From Marispirochaeta sp. (GTDB taxonomy: Bacteria > Spirochaetota > Spirochaetia > JC444 > Marispirochaetaceae), in contig CAXXFF010000004.1 of the NCBI GenBank assembly GCA_963676835.2, forward strand, positions 320,001 to 384,000: a DNA stretch of 64,000 nucleotides, written 5' to 3'. This document shows positions 1-10,675 of this stretch, in pieces. How positions within the stretch are numbered: the first letter of the stretch is position 1; each line of letters opens with the position of its first letter. A program made the translations under genes and the position numbers. The notes under the pieces are model-generated. The model ran no database searches. It was not told where the DNA came from and was given only the letters and a program-made list of their open reading frames with translations.

Positions 1-2
1 GC

Positions 3-674
3 CCCACGGGCTCGGGCAAGAGCAGACTGCTGGCTGACATAGAGTGGATGGCCCAGGGAGATACTCCCACGGGAAGACGAATTCTGGTGGACAGCAAAGA
101 ACCGGATAAAAAGTGGCGCTTCTCAACATCGGATAAGTTGGTGGCCCAGCTCTCTCAGAATATGAACTTTGTGATGGATCTGACGGTGGAGGAGTTTCTT
201 ACCCTCCATGCGGAGAGCCGGCTGGTTCAGAATACGGAGTCGGTGGTACAGACAATCTTCGAGAAAGCCAATGAACTGGCGGGTGAAGCTTTTACCCTGA
301 ATACGGCTATTACCGCCCTGTCCGGCGGACAGTCCCGGGCATTGATGATTGCAGATACTGCCATACTCAGTAAATCGCCCATAGTGCTGATTGACGAGAT
401 TGAGAACGCCGGAATCGACCGCAAGAAAGCCCTGGCGCTGCTGATATCGGAAGAGAAGATTGTTCTCATGGCAACCCACGACCCGCTGCTGGCCCTGATG
501 GCGGACAGAAGAATAGTGATTCAACACGGCGGGATTCACCGCATTCTGGAAACCGGTGAGGATGAGCGGGGTGTGCTGTCTGAAATTGAAGCACTGGATA
601 AAAAAGTTCAGAACCTGCGGGCAATGCTCAGAGCAGGAGAAAGTCTTAACCATACAGCCCTGAATGAGCTGTAA
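3..674 (+). CDS. ABC-type ATP-binding protein (5'-truncated by window edge)
   Basis: Frame is open from base 3 with Walker A PTGSGKS; signature LSGGQ, Walker B VLIDE, H-loop ATHD. Confidence 0.85.
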   Translation, partial: PTGSGKSRLLADIEWMAQGDTPTGRRILVDSKEPDKKWRFSTSDKLVAQLSQNMNFVMDLTVEEFLTLHAESRLVQNTESVVQTIFEKANELAGEAFTLNTAITALSGGQSRALMIADTAILSKSPIVLIDEIENAGIDRKKALALLISEEKIVLMATHDPLLALMADRRIVIQHGGIHRILETGEDERGVLSEIEALDKKVQNLRAMLRAGESLNHTALNEL

Positions 675-689
675 CACAAGGAGAATAGT

Positions 690-932
690 ATGCACGATGG
701 ATGTTCCGGCAGTTTTGAGTCCGGCAAGGCAGTAATAGATAAGGTACGAATGATGGGATTTTCCGACCAGCTTATGCCGATACCCCTGGAAATAGTCTGT
801 ACCACCTGCAGCAAGCCGTTTATGATGGAGACATTTGAAGCGGTATGCCCGGAATGCGGGGCAGTGCACGGGGTTACTCCCTGTCATGCCTTTGACGCTT
901 CCGGAGTAATGAATGCCGGAGTAGGTTATTGA
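690..932 (+). CDS. Small Zn-ribbon/metal-binding protein
   Basis: CTTC...CPEC plus H/C residues; AAGGAG RBS. Confidence 0.7.
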   Translation: MHDGCSGSFESGKAVIDKVRMMGFSDQLMPIPLEIVCTTCSKPFMMETFEAVCPECGAVHGVTPCHAFDASGVMNAGVGY

Positions 933-936
933 ACAT

Positions 937-1923
937 ATGCGGATTCTTTTTAACTCCTACCTGGCTCTGGAGTTTCCGGAGCAAGTAGAACAGTTACGGC
1001 GGCTCTTTCCTGAACACGAAATGGTGATTGCAGAAAGCGAGGCGGAAGTTTTTGAAAAGCTGCCGGATACGGACGTACTTATAGCTCATAAGGTTACGGA
1101 AGAACAGATAGCTGAAGCTGATAAGCTTCAGTGGGTTTTTATTCCCTACACCGGGGTAAATCTTATTCCCTTTACCTCTCTTCGGGACAAAGGTGTACAG
1201 GTAAGCAACAACCATGGAAACTCAATGGCGGTGGCCGAACGGGCGGTGGCCCTGGCCTTTGCAGCCTGCGGCAGGGTCCCGGAGTTTGATCAGGATCTCC
1301 GCAAAGGGAACTGGCACCGTACCGATGATCCCCGGCACCCTTTTGATTTCTGGACATCCCTGCTTAATAAAAAGATTTCAATTCTGGGCACCGGTGAAAT
1401 TGCCCGGTATATAGCAGCCTTTCTTGCTCCATTTACCCGGAACATCCTGGGCTTCCGGCGCAGGGAAGGCCAGCCTCTGCCTGAAGGCTTTTCCGCAGTA
1501 ACAAATGACCTGGCCGAGGCCATGGCTTATGGGGAAATCTGCTTTGTAACCCTGCCCCAGACAGAGTCAACCATAGGTCTTATACAGAAGCCGGAACTGG
1601 AACTGCTTAAGGGCGGTTTTCTCATCAATATCAGCCGGGGAAAGATTGTAGATGAAGAGGCGCTTTTCAATGCTCTTTCAAAGGGCCTTTTAAAAGGAGC
1701 CGGCATCGACGCCTGGTACCGCTACCCCAAGCCCTTTACCGCAGACACCCTGCCGGGAAATCTGCCTTTTCATACCCTGAAAAACGTGGTCCTCTCTCCC
1801 CATGCGGCAAGCCACACGGATGATGCCAAGTTACTCCAGTTTTCGGAAACCATGAGAAATCTTGAGCTCCTGCTTCGGACAGGAAAGCCTGAAAATATTG
1901 TCGACCCGGCATCGGGCTACTGA
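937..1923 (+). CDS. D-isomer-specific 2-hydroxyacid dehydrogenase
   Basis: ILGTGEIA Rossmann motif, INISRG, SPHAA. Confidence 0.9.
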   Translation: MRILFNSYLALEFPEQVEQLRRLFPEHEMVIAESEAEVFEKLPDTDVLIAHKVTEEQIAEADKLQWVFIPYTGVNLIPFTSLRDKGVQVSNNHGNSMAVAERAVALAFAACGRVPEFDQDLRKGNWHRTDDPRHPFDFWTSLLNKKISILGTGEIARYIAAFLAPFTRNILGFRRREGQPLPEGFSAVTNDLAEAMAYGEICFVTLPQTESTIGLIQKPELELLKGGFLINISRGKIVDEEALFNALSKGLLKGAGIDAWYRYPKPFTADTLPGNLPFHTLKNVVLSPHAASHTDDAKLLQFSETMRNLELLLRTGKPENIVDPASGY

Positions 1924-3506
1924 GAATCGGTTTTTGCCAGAGCCACAGACTTACCGCCTTTTTTAGCCCTTTTTTTTGCAGCATACATGGCCGTATCTGC
2001 GGCTGCCATAAGCTTGTCCGGGGTGTCGCCGTTTACAGGGAACAGGGCCACACCGATGGAGACACCCGGGACAGGGGCGTTTTCACCGATAATAACCGGT
2101 TCCCCCACGTATTGAGTAATCTTTTCCGCTACCCGTAGAGCATCCTCCGGGTCTTCAATATTACTGCAGAGAACAACAAACTCATCGCCCCCCATGCGGG
2201 CGGCAATGTCGGAAGAACGGATGGCAGAGACAACCCGCTGGCTGCTGGTAACCAGTACCTTGTCTCCTGCATCATGCCCAAGGGTGTCGTTTATATCCTT
2301 AAAGTTGTTCAGATCGAGAAACAGCAGGGCAAAACGGCCCTTACTGCGGCGGGCTATTTCGAGGATCTTTTCAAGATAGGAAAGAAAGTATGCCCGGTTG
2401 GGAAGCTTGGTGAGAGTATCCTGGGATGCCATCTGCTGTAGCTGATACTCGATCTGCTTCCGGGCACTTATATCCTGGGCAACAAAGACGGTACCCACCG
2501 CATTCCGGGGGCTGTCATATAGATCTGAAGCCCTGACAATAACCGTATGAGGATGATCCTGAGCGTCCTTCCAGGAAACCTCAAGCCCCGATTGAGTCCG
2601 TAAAACCGGAGCATCGATGTCGAGACTGCAGAGCCAGGGAACCGCCTCCAAGCGCTGATTAATCAGGCTGGGATAAGGCAGATCGTTAATGGTATGGGCA
2701 AATCTATTGGCAAGCCGGACAAACCTGCTCTGGTCAACCACAACCACGGCGCCCCTCATGGTTTCAAGCACCGGAACCGCAACATTTTCCGCTGCAATAT
2801 CCACCAGTCGAAACCGCATAATCGCATAGCCCATGAGGGTAACATAGACCGTCATGGGGAGATATCCGAAGGCATAGACATCAACACCAATGGTAGGCAG
2901 GAAATCCACAGCACCGAACAAGCCTATACCCAGGGCGGACGAGGAGATAACCATTCTCTGCCGCTGCATGGGATCTTCCGATCCACGGTACTCCAGAATA
3001 AAGTTCAGAAGTACCGCCGACATTACCAGAGCAAAGTAGAGCAGAAAAAGCTGTCCCATGCTGCCAAAAACCGGAAACCAGCCCCAGAACATCTGCTTTA
3101 CTCCGGTAATATGAAAATGTCCGGATAGAAGAGATACGGCAAAAACGGTGGAAACAACAAACAGGATTTTCCTCCACCTGAGCAGGACCGGAGTCTCCCC
3201 GAGAAGAACCCCGGTGGTGGCAAGGACGGAATGGGGCAGATAGACCGTCCCGATGTTTGCAATGACAAACCAGGCATAGGCGCCTTCCGGACTGCGGTTC
3301 ATATAACCGAGAGCTGCCCCTGTAAGGTAGAGAGAAAGACAGAGGGAAAACATAAGGTACTTGAATATGCTTGAGTTTGCATTTTTTTGTGCATAGATAT
3401 AGAAAGCAAGCCCCGCTGTATACAGGCCGGCAGCAAGAACCGGAATGGCCCAGGGATTGGGATAGAGATCCGCAAAATTTGATAAATAATAGAGAATAAC
3501 CTTCAC
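1917..3506 (-). CDS. 7TM (HisKA_7TM-like) PAS diguanylate cyclase
   Basis: About 7 N-terminal TM helices; DTLTKLPNR, FLDLNNFK, GGDEF. Confidence 0.9.
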   Translation of the reverse strand: MKVILYYLSNFADLYPNPWAIPVLAAGLYTAGLAFYIYAQKNANSSIFKYLMFSLCLSLYLTGAALGYMNRSPEGAYAWFVIANIGTVYLPHSVLATTGVLLGETPVLLRWRKILFVVSTVFAVSLLSGHFHITGVKQMFWGWFPVFGSMGQLFLLYFALVMSAVLLNFILEYRGSEDPMQRQRMVISSSALGIGLFGAVDFLPTIGVDVYAFGYLPMTVYVTLMGYAIMRFRLVDIAAENVAVPVLETMRGAVVVVDQSRFVRLANRFAHTINDLPYPSLINQRLEAVPWLCSLDIDAPVLRTQSGLEVSWKDAQDHPHTVIVRASDLYDSPRNAVGTVFVAQDISARKQIEYQLQQMASQDTLTKLPNRAYFLSYLEKILEIARRSKGRFALLFLDLNNFKDINDTLGHDAGDKVLVTSSQRVVSAIRSSDIAARMGGDEFVVLCSNIEDPEDALRVAEKITQYVGEPVIIGENAPVPGVSIGVALFPVNGDTPDKLMAAADTAMYAAKKRAKKGGKSVALAKTDSQ

Positions 3507-3666
3507 CAGTCTTTCCTGTCGGTACTGCTCCCTGTCCCCTAAGTATTAACCCTGAAAAAGAGAAAGTCAAAGATGCTTGCTATTTGCTATTTTTGCAGCA
3601 AAGATACTAATCTTTATAGCAGTGGTCAGGATGGCAGATAGGGCCGGAATGCAAAGAGGAGAAAAA

Positions 3667-4179
3667 ATGGAAAATCAGGAACATAACTATGACAGGGATT
3701 ACCGGATTGCAAAGCTGATTGCCATGGCCCATTTCGGCAGCTCAGCCGTGCTTATTGCTGTTGCAGAGCTGCTGCGGAGAGGAGCTTTTGCCGCCCCACT
3801 CTCTCCTCTATTTGAAGGATCAACCTTAAGCTTAATACGCATTATTTTTTATGCTCTTGCGGCGGCAATTATTCTTGCAGCGGTACTGTTAAAACTGGCC
3901 ATACGCAATCCCGAAGACAGCCTCTTCAGCCGGCCGCTGAAATTTCTGATCCGCCAGGCCCGGTCCCACCGGAACACATCCGCGGTGGCCATGCTGATTC
4001 CGCCTTCGGCCATGGGTGAGGCATGTGTTGTCCTGGGTTTTGTACTGTTTATCCTGTCCGGAGGCCTGCGGCCGGACCTCTATATTTTTGGAAGCTCAGG
4101 GCTTGCTGCAATGATACTTCTGTTTCCCACGGAAGAAGAGAAACGGAACCTTGTACGCCTCGATCGGGAGCAGGAATAG
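3667..4179 (+). CDS. Hypothetical membrane protein (about 4 TM)
   Basis: AGAGGAG RBS before ATG 3667; hydrophobic helices. Confidence 0.65.
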   Translation: MENQEHNYDRDYRIAKLIAMAHFGSSAVLIAVAELLRRGAFAAPLSPLFEGSTLSLIRIIFYALAAAIILAAVLLKLAIRNPEDSLFSRPLKFLIRQARSHRNTSAVAMLIPPSAMGEACVVLGFVLFILSGGLRPDLYIFGSSGLAAMILLFPTEEEKRNLVRLDREQE

Positions 4180-4369
4180 AACAAGGGCACTTCTAAAAAC
4201 GTGGTATTTTTACCATAGCCTAGGAGGATAGATTTTATAGCGCCCACAAACTCTTGTGGTAACAAGAGTTGAGGACCGCGGGAAATCTTGACGACGCAGG
4301 ATATGGAGAAAAGAGTAGTTTTTAGAGGTGCCCACAAACCAGAATAAGGTTAGTATATCGAGGCGTTAG

Positions 4370-5215
4370 TCAGCCTATTCCCATAAGTGCCACGCCGGCT
4401 GCGGCGGCAAGCAGCCCTGCCCAGCGCAGGGGATGAACCGCTTCTTTGTTTATCAGCCGAGCCAGCAGAACCGTCGGTGCAGGATAGACCGAGGTGACTG
4501 CGGTAACCAGTATAATCATACCGCTCTGCACGGCCAGCATAAATGCTATGTTTGCAGCCATATCCAGCACACCTGCAATAAGGGTCGGGACCATACCGGG
4601 TCCTCTCCCGACAAGAAGCTTCTTTCCCCTGACAGCACTGAAGGTACCTACTAACAGCAGGGAAGCAACTCGAGCCCCTGCCAGCGGCCAGAGTCCCGCT
4701 TCAGAACTTGTTCTGGAGATGATTATAAAAAACAAGCCGAAGCCAAGCCCCGCATACAGTCCGTAGAGAAATGCCTGCAGTCTCTGTTTTGGCGTTGTTT
4801 TCGCATCTGCATGCTCATAGCCCAGCAGGACCACCGCGGGCAGGATACAGGCTACCCCGGCCCAGCCGGTGCCGCCGATACTGTCACCGATAAGCAGACC
4901 GAAGCCAAGGGGGAGTACTGCTCCTGCCAGGGCCGCCACGGGGGAAACAATGGAAACCACGCTGTTGGCAAGCCCGGCATAGAGAAAAAGGATTCCCCCT
5001 GCTCCGGCAAGCCCGGCACCGGCACCCCAGAAAAGATCTTCAATACGGGGAACTCCGGTAAAAAGCAGCGGCCCCGCAAGCAGCACCAGTACAAGACCGC
5101 AGATCTGGGAAGAAAAGAGTACTGCACCTACCGGCTTGGTTCTGGAAGCGTATCCCCCGGAGAAATCACTGACACCGAAAAAGAATGCCGACGAAAGGGC
5201 AAGAAAGAAAACCAC
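4370..5215 (-). CDS. DMT/EamA family transporter
   Basis: About 10 TM helices in two repeats. Confidence 0.85.
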   Translation of the reverse strand: MVFFLALSSAFFFGVSDFSGGYASRTKPVGAVLFSSQICGLVLVLLAGPLLFTGVPRIEDLFWGAGAGLAGAGGILFLYAGLANSVVSIVSPVAALAGAVLPLGFGLLIGDSIGGTGWAGVACILPAVVLLGYEHADAKTTPKQRLQAFLYGLYAGLGFGLFFIIISRTSSEAGLWPLAGARVASLLLVGTFSAVRGKKLLVGRGPGMVPTLIAGVLDMAANIAFMLAVQSGMIILVTAVTSVYPAPTVLLARLINKEAVHPLRWAGLLAAAAGVALMGIG

Positions 5216-5259
5216 CTGCTTATACCATCACCTTGTGCTTTGATCTTAACACGTCAATC

Positions 5260-8200
5260 TTATACAGCCGCTTTGGGCCGTGGAATAACTGAAAGTATGG
5301 CAGGTATGACAAAAAGGGTGAACAGGGTAGAGATGAAGAGCCCCCCCGAGACCGCAATTCCCAGGGGCTGTACGATATTTGAGCCCTCCCCCATACCGAT
5401 GGCCAGGGGCAGCATACCTAAAATGGTAGTCAGCATGGTTATCAGAATCGGCGGAAAGCGCAGACGGGCAGCTTTGAGTACCGCCTCCAGGGGGGAGTCC
5501 ATGGTATCCGCCATACGCAGGTAGAAATCAATCATGATAATCGCATTATTCACCACAATACCTGCAAGCAGGATATTTCCCAGAAGAGAGTTCAGGCTGA
5601 GGGTGGAATGGAAAAAATAGAGGCTCAGGACCACCCCGATAAAGCCCAGAGGAACGGTGACCAGAATTACCAGGGGCAGTCTGAGGGAATTGAACTGCAT
5701 TGCCAGCACCAGAAAAATAAGGGCTACAGATGCGGCAAGAGCAATAAAGAGAGAGCTGATAGCCTCATCGAGCTCCTCCTGGGGATTGTCGAACACCATG
5801 GAATAGCCCGGGGGTATCTCTATTTTCTCCGCAGCGAGGTCCCTGATCTGCTGCTCATAAACCAGGCGCTCCGCCGCGGGAGTACCGCTGGGCATGCGGG
5901 CATATACCCGGAAGATATGTTCGCCGTTTTCGCTGGCAATACCTGCAACACCGGTACCCCGGGAAAAATCGAAAAAGTGCTTTAAAGGGACGATCCCCTG
6001 ATCGGTATAGATGAGAAAATCTTCAAGCTCTTCGATGGAATCAAGCTGTTCATCGGGGAACTGCGCGGAAACACTGATGGAATCCTGATCATCCTCAAAC
6101 TCCAGAGATGCGGTCCCCCTGAGGATTCTGCCCAGAAGGGTTGTCAGCTGGGATGCGGACAGTCCACTGAAACCCTGAATAACCTCCGTCCGGGCAGTAA
6201 TGGCCAGGTGATTGCTTAAGCCCGTAGGCGGATCGGTAAAAACCCGGCCGTAAAGATCGGAATCGTTAACCAGGTCGCGGATCCGCTCTAAAAGCTGCAC
6301 AATCACCTTTTCGTCGGCCCCATGAACACTTATCTGCAGATCGTTGGTTCTGGGCAGCGGCAGCTGCGCGGGATCCCACATATCAACATTGAAATAGAAG
6401 CTGTTGTCGCTTACCAGGGCTTTCTCAAGCCGGCCGAGAACATCCTCGGCGAAACCTGCATCGGCAAGATCAACAAACATAATATTGAAGCGCCCGGAAA
6501 CAAGGGCAAAGGTCTCCTTCACCGCATCTCCTCCCGCCTCATGGATACGCCTGTCCAGGCCGGGAACAACGTCTTCAACTAACTCAACCCGGTCGGTAAT
6601 TTCCGTGGAGCGGAAAAACACGACAATCCTGCTGCTCACCGGAGGTGACAGAATCTCCCGGGGAATACGGGGCAGCAGGGTAATTACCACCAGCACCAGA
6701 CAGGAGAAGGAGAATAACACAACCAGTACAGCCCGGAGCCTGGTGCGGATAAGTACCCGGAGAGCGGAGCTGTAGGAACGGATAAGGCCGTTCATAAAGG
6801 CCAGGCTAAGGCGGGTCAGCCCCCTTGGTTTAACCGATTCATTGCCGGTCTTCAAAGGGTGAACCCTATAGGCAACCAGAGGAATAAGGGTCAGGGATAT
6901 GAGCAGGGCGAAAACCAGGGCAAAGATAACCGTGCTGGCCTGATCACCCAGAATCGCATTGGTCAGGGGAGCGGTAAAGGAGATAGGCAGAAATACCAGA
7001 ATGGTTGTAAGGGTGGATGCGAAAACCGGGGCGGCCACTTCTGCAACGGAGGTGACTATCACAGACCGCAGACCGGTCCGGTCCGGGATAAGCCCTGCCT
7101 CCCCGTAATGGCGGTGGATATTCTCGAGCACAACGATAGAGGGATCAATGACCATCCCCACCGCAAGGGCAATTCCTCCCAGAGATATAAGGTTGAGACT
7201 TACATCGAAGAGATACATAAGAATAAACGAAAGGATCAGGGTGGCGGGAATGGAAATCCCGATAAGGATGGTGTTTCTCAGCTCCCCCAGGGTAAACAGC
7301 ACTATCATCATGGCAAGGAAGGCCCCAAGCAGCGCGGCGGTTATAACATTGCGGATGGAACGGTTTATATAGTGGGCAGGGTCTACATAGAGCTGAAAAC
7401 GGGTATCCTCCGGAAGCACCCCGGAAACAACTGATTCATCGAGAATGGCAAGAATATCCCGGGACATCTGCCGTATGTTGCCGCCGTCCAGGGGCGTACC
7501 ATTAATACGCACCGCAGGCTCTCCGCCGATAACCAGGGCCTGACCCGGCAGGGTATAGCGTATTTCAATATCCGCAATATCCGCCAGACGGATAACCGCA
7601 TTTCCCCGCTCGGTAATAATCAGGTCCTTGAGATCGTAGATTCCCGAGGTATCAGTGATAAACCTGACAGCGAAATCCTGGCCCGAATCCTCAATATTTC
7701 CCAGCGGTTTCGGAAGGTAACCGGTCCTGAAGGCGGTATCAACATCGGAGATTGTCAGCCCGTAGGCGAGCAGAGCCTCCTGCCGCAGCCTGACATCCAC
7801 CTCGCGGTCTTCAATATTTACAATTTCAACACTTTCGGCATCTTCAACCTGAGAAAGCCGGGTTTCCAGGGACCCTTTCAGCAGGGAATACAAGGCCCTG
7901 GGAGCAACACTGGGAGAACTTATGCCCAGGAGCAGAAATCCGGCGTTTTCCCCGGTAAAGAAGCGCACCGTATAGTTATCCCGGATCTCCTCGGGCAGCT
8001 GACTTCTGAGGGTTATCATGGCGGATTCAACATCGGCCTTGGCGGTGTCGCTGTCAACATCCCAGTCGAAGGTAAGCCGGAAATCACTGGCATCACTGCG
8101 GTATTCCACCTCCTGTGAGGCGATTCCCTGAATACTTAAAAGCTGGGATTCAACCTCGTCTCCGTACTGGCGGGAGAAATCTACGGCGGAATAGCCGGTA

Positions 8201-8361
8201 TGCTGAATGCGCACGTTAACTCTGGGACGCTGGGTCTGAGGGTAGAGCTGCACCGGCAGCCGTATAACCAGATAGATGCCCAGGGCGCAGAGAAGCAGAA
8301 ATGCGAAGGTAAATACCTTCTGACGCTTGAAGATCTGATTAATGGCGTTCTGATTAAGCAT
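5260..8361 (-). CDS. RND (AcrB/AcrD/AcrF family) permease
   Basis: 1033 aa; GIVVNNAI and RFPPILITMLTT motifs. Confidence 0.9.
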   Translation of the reverse strand: MLNQNAINQIFKRQKVFTFAFLLLCALGIYLVIRLPVQLYPQTQRPRVNVRIQHTGYSAVDFSRQYGDEVESQLLSIQGIASQEVEYRSDASDFRLTFDWDVDSDTAKADVESAMITLRSQLPEEIRDNYTVRFFTGENAGFLLLGISSPSVAPRALYSLLKGSLETRLSQVEDAESVEIVNIEDREVDVRLRQEALLAYGLTISDVDTAFRTGYLPKPLGNIEDSGQDFAVRFITDTSGIYDLKDLIITERGNAVIRLADIADIEIRYTLPGQALVIGGEPAVRINGTPLDGGNIRQMSRDILAILDESVVSGVLPEDTRFQLYVDPAHYINRSIRNVITAALLGAFLAMMIVLFTLGELRNTILIGISIPATLILSFILMYLFDVSLNLISLGGIALAVGMVIDPSIVVLENIHRHYGEAGLIPDRTGLRSVIVTSVAEVAAPVFASTLTTILVFLPISFTAPLTNAILGDQASTVIFALVFALLISLTLIPLVAYRVHPLKTGNESVKPRGLTRLSLAFMNGLIRSYSSALRVLIRTRLRAVLVVLFSFSCLVLVVITLLPRIPREILSPPVSSRIVVFFRSTEITDRVELVEDVVPGLDRRIHEAGGDAVKETFALVSGRFNIMFVDLADAGFAEDVLGRLEKALVSDNSFYFNVDMWDPAQLPLPRTNDLQISVHGADEKVIVQLLERIRDLVNDSDLYGRVFTDPPTGLSNHLAITARTEVIQGFSGLSASQLTTLLGRILRGTASLEFEDDQDSISVSAQFPDEQLDSIEELEDFLIYTDQGIVPLKHFFDFSRGTGVAGIASENGEHIFRVYARMPSGTPAAERLVYEQQIRDLAAEKIEIPPGYSMVFDNPQEELDEAISSLFIALAASVALIFLVLAMQFNSLRLPLVILVTVPLGFIGVVLSLYFFHSTLSLNSLLGNILLAGIVVNNAIIMIDFYLRMADTMDSPLEAVLKAARLRFPPILITMLTTILGMLPLAIGMGEGSNIVQPLGIAVSGGLFISTLFTLFVIPAILSVIPRPKAAV

Positions 8362-9260
8362 CAGGGGCGCCTTTTGGGCTGATCACCGGGAGCCGGCAGG
8401 GGGGCATCGGCCCGTTCCCGGCCTGTTGGTTTGAGCAGGTACTCCTCGCCTTCGCTTAAGCCGGAGGCAATCAGAATATCACTACCCATGGATCCCCCCG
8501 GAACCACCTCCCTGCGGACATAGACCTGTTTCTGCCGGTCCGCAAGCCAGAGAAAGTTCCGGCCGTATCTGCGGTCCAGGGCATCGGCAGGGACAAAGAA
8601 GCCGGTAAGGGTATCTGCGGGCAGATCCACCAGCACAAAGGTTCCGGGATGAAGATCCGGAGAAGGGGGAAAATCAAAACGAAGACTGTACAAACCGGTA
8701 CTGTAATCCGGTTCGGGGCTGCGGTTTGTCAGGGTACCGGAAAAGAGCAGTCCCGCAGCAGTTCCGGCCTGGACCTTCTGGCCCAGGGCTACTTTATAGG
8801 CATCCTTGTCGCTTATCTGGGCTTCGAGAATATAGCCGGAGCGGCCGATGACGGTTACCAGGGACTCCCCGTCGGAAACCTCCTGCTCCGGTTCTGCCTG
8901 AACCGCGGATATTGTACCGGCTATGCGGGACCGTACCGCCGCGAGACGGAAGGACTGTCCGGCTTCACTGCGGTCGACTGAGAACAGCAGATCACCTTCG
9001 GCCACCCCGTCGCCGGGGGAAACAAACACCTCCCGGACAACTCCGGCGGCAGGTGAGCTGTGCTCAATGCTGGCAGCAGGCCGGAGCCTGCCGCCCACCT
9101 GAATCATCCGGCTGCGGGTTGTTTTTTCCGCAGGAGCAAACAGTGCGGGAACTCCTCCGGGACGTCCCGGCCCGCCCTCCTGGGCGGAAACAGCGTAAAG
9201 GCAGATAAACAAGGCAGCTGCCGCAAAAACGGCACTACGCAGATTTTTCAGGTTTTTCAT
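8361..9260 (-). CDS. RND periplasmic adaptor (MFP)
   Basis: Signal peptide, lipoyl-like halves, translationally coupled to the permease. Confidence 0.85.
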   Translation of the reverse strand: MKNLKNLRSAVFAAAALFICLYAVSAQEGGPGRPGGVPALFAPAEKTTRSRMIQVGGRLRPAASIEHSSPAAGVVREVFVSPGDGVAEGDLLFSVDRSEAGQSFRLAAVRSRIAGTISAVQAEPEQEVSDGESLVTVIGRSGYILEAQISDKDAYKVALGQKVQAGTAAGLLFSGTLTNRSPEPDYSTGLYSLRFDFPPSPDLHPGTFVLVDLPADTLTGFFVPADALDRRYGRNFLWLADRQKQVYVRREVVPGGSMGSDILIASGLSEGEEYLLKPTGRERADAPLPAPGDQPKRRP

Positions 9261-9279
9261 TGTTCTACATCCAGTTTTA

Positions 9280-10473
9280 TCAGGAGAGTGCGTACTCCTT
9301 CATCAGACCCAGTCCACGGTTAATAAGATCTACATCAATTCCGGAATAGGCAAGACGAATATAGCGGCGGGTTTCTCCCGGAAGTTCCCGTCCGAAATGC
9401 AGACGGGTGCAGAAACTGACACCGGTTTTGTGCAGCACATCCTTGCGGAAAGCCTCATAATTATCAAAGCCCTTTGCAGCCATAAGCTCGGTAACTTCGG
9501 GATAAAGATAGAACGTAGCCTCCGGGCGATAGCAGCTTACCCCGGGGATGGTATTGAGAAGATCAACCGCAGCATCCCTCCGGCCTTTGAGCACCTGGAT
9601 AATCTCCTCTGAACCGGACTGGTCACCTTTCAGAGCTTCAATGGCTGCAATCTGAACAAAATGGTTGGAACAGGACTCATCGTTAAGGTTCAGCTTGGCA
9701 ATCACATCTATAATATCAGCGGGACCTATGGCAGCGCCGAGACGCCAGCCGGTCATGGCAAACTTCTTGGAGAAGGTATAGAGCATAACACAGCGCTCTT
9801 CCATGCCGGGAAGCGAAACAAGGGAGCGCGATTTGCCGGAATAGCGCATATCAAAATAGGCTTCATCACAGAGAACAAGAAGATCGTGACGGATTACAAA
9901 GTCGGCAATTGCCTTGAGCTCTTCTTCCGAGGCTTCGGCACCGGTGGGGTTCTGAAGATCGTTGAAGATAAGCAGTCTGGTTTTGGGAGTAACCGCTTTC
10001 TCAAGGGCTTCCATATCCAGGGCAAAATTGTCCTTTCCAGGCAGGAAACCGTAAGGGACCGCCTTGCCGCCATGAAATTCAATCTGGGATTCATAGATTG
10101 GGTACCCCGGATTCGGGTAGAGCACTTCATCGCCTGGGTTCATAAGGGCGAGAATAAATTTTCCTATTACCGGTTTGCCCCCGGGCTGAACAGCCACACT
10201 GCCGGCAGTATAGGATGTGCCGTGGCTGGCATTAATATCTGCAGCAAGGATTTCCCGCAGTTCCGCGATTCCTGCATTGGGCGCATACCCGGTCTTTCCA
10301 TCCATCATGGCTTTAGAGGCTGCTTCAATTATATTTTCCGGAGTCCGTATATTGATATCTCCAAGGTGGAAAGGGTAAACAGTATTGCCGCCGGCACCAA
10401 AGGCTCTTGCCTCAGCTGAAACCTCAAAGGCTGTTTCTGTCCCGAGGCGCTGTATTCGTTGCGCTGCTTTCAA
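9280..10473 (-). CDS. PLP-dependent aminotransferase class I/II (aspartate aminotransferase-like)
   Basis: DEAY, TFSKKFAMTGWRLG, YIRLAYS. Confidence 0.9.
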   Translation of the reverse strand: MKAAQRIQRLGTETAFEVSAEARAFGAGGNTVYPFHLGDINIRTPENIIEAASKAMMDGKTGYAPNAGIAELREILAADINASHGTSYTAGSVAVQPGGKPVIGKFILALMNPGDEVLYPNPGYPIYESQIEFHGGKAVPYGFLPGKDNFALDMEALEKAVTPKTRLLIFNDLQNPTGAEASEEELKAIADFVIRHDLLVLCDEAYFDMRYSGKSRSLVSLPGMEERCVMLYTFSKKFAMTGWRLGAAIGPADIIDVIAKLNLNDESCSNHFVQIAAIEALKGDQSGSEEIIQVLKGRRDAAVDLLNTIPGVSCYRPEATFYLYPEVTELMAAKGFDNYEAFRKDVLHKTGVSFCTRLHFGRELPGETRRYIRLAYSGIDVDLINRGLGLMKEYALS

Positions 10474-10582
10474 AGTGGTGTCTCCTTAAAATAAATGAAA
10501 AGTGGCTTCATTATGCACGGTTAAAAGAGTGTTAGCAATCCAAATATTCTGCATACAAATATGAACTATTTAGTAGCGATTA

Positions 10583-10611
10583 TTGACAGCATAACCGGCA
10601 CATCGTATTAT
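10583..10611 (+). promoter_or_regulatory. Sigma70 promoter of rubrerythrin
   Basis: TTGACA-17 nt-TATTAT, 65 bp upstream of the ATG. Confidence 0.7.
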
Positions 10612-10675
10612 TCGAAGTGCGGGACCATTTCTTTACAGGAATATCTCAAAATAAACTTACACAGGAGAGTAACTA

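Noticed and set aside
4249..4270. Inverted repeat AACTCTTGT-GGTA-ACAAGAGTT between convergent genes
   Set aside because: Single hairpin without a U tract or other support
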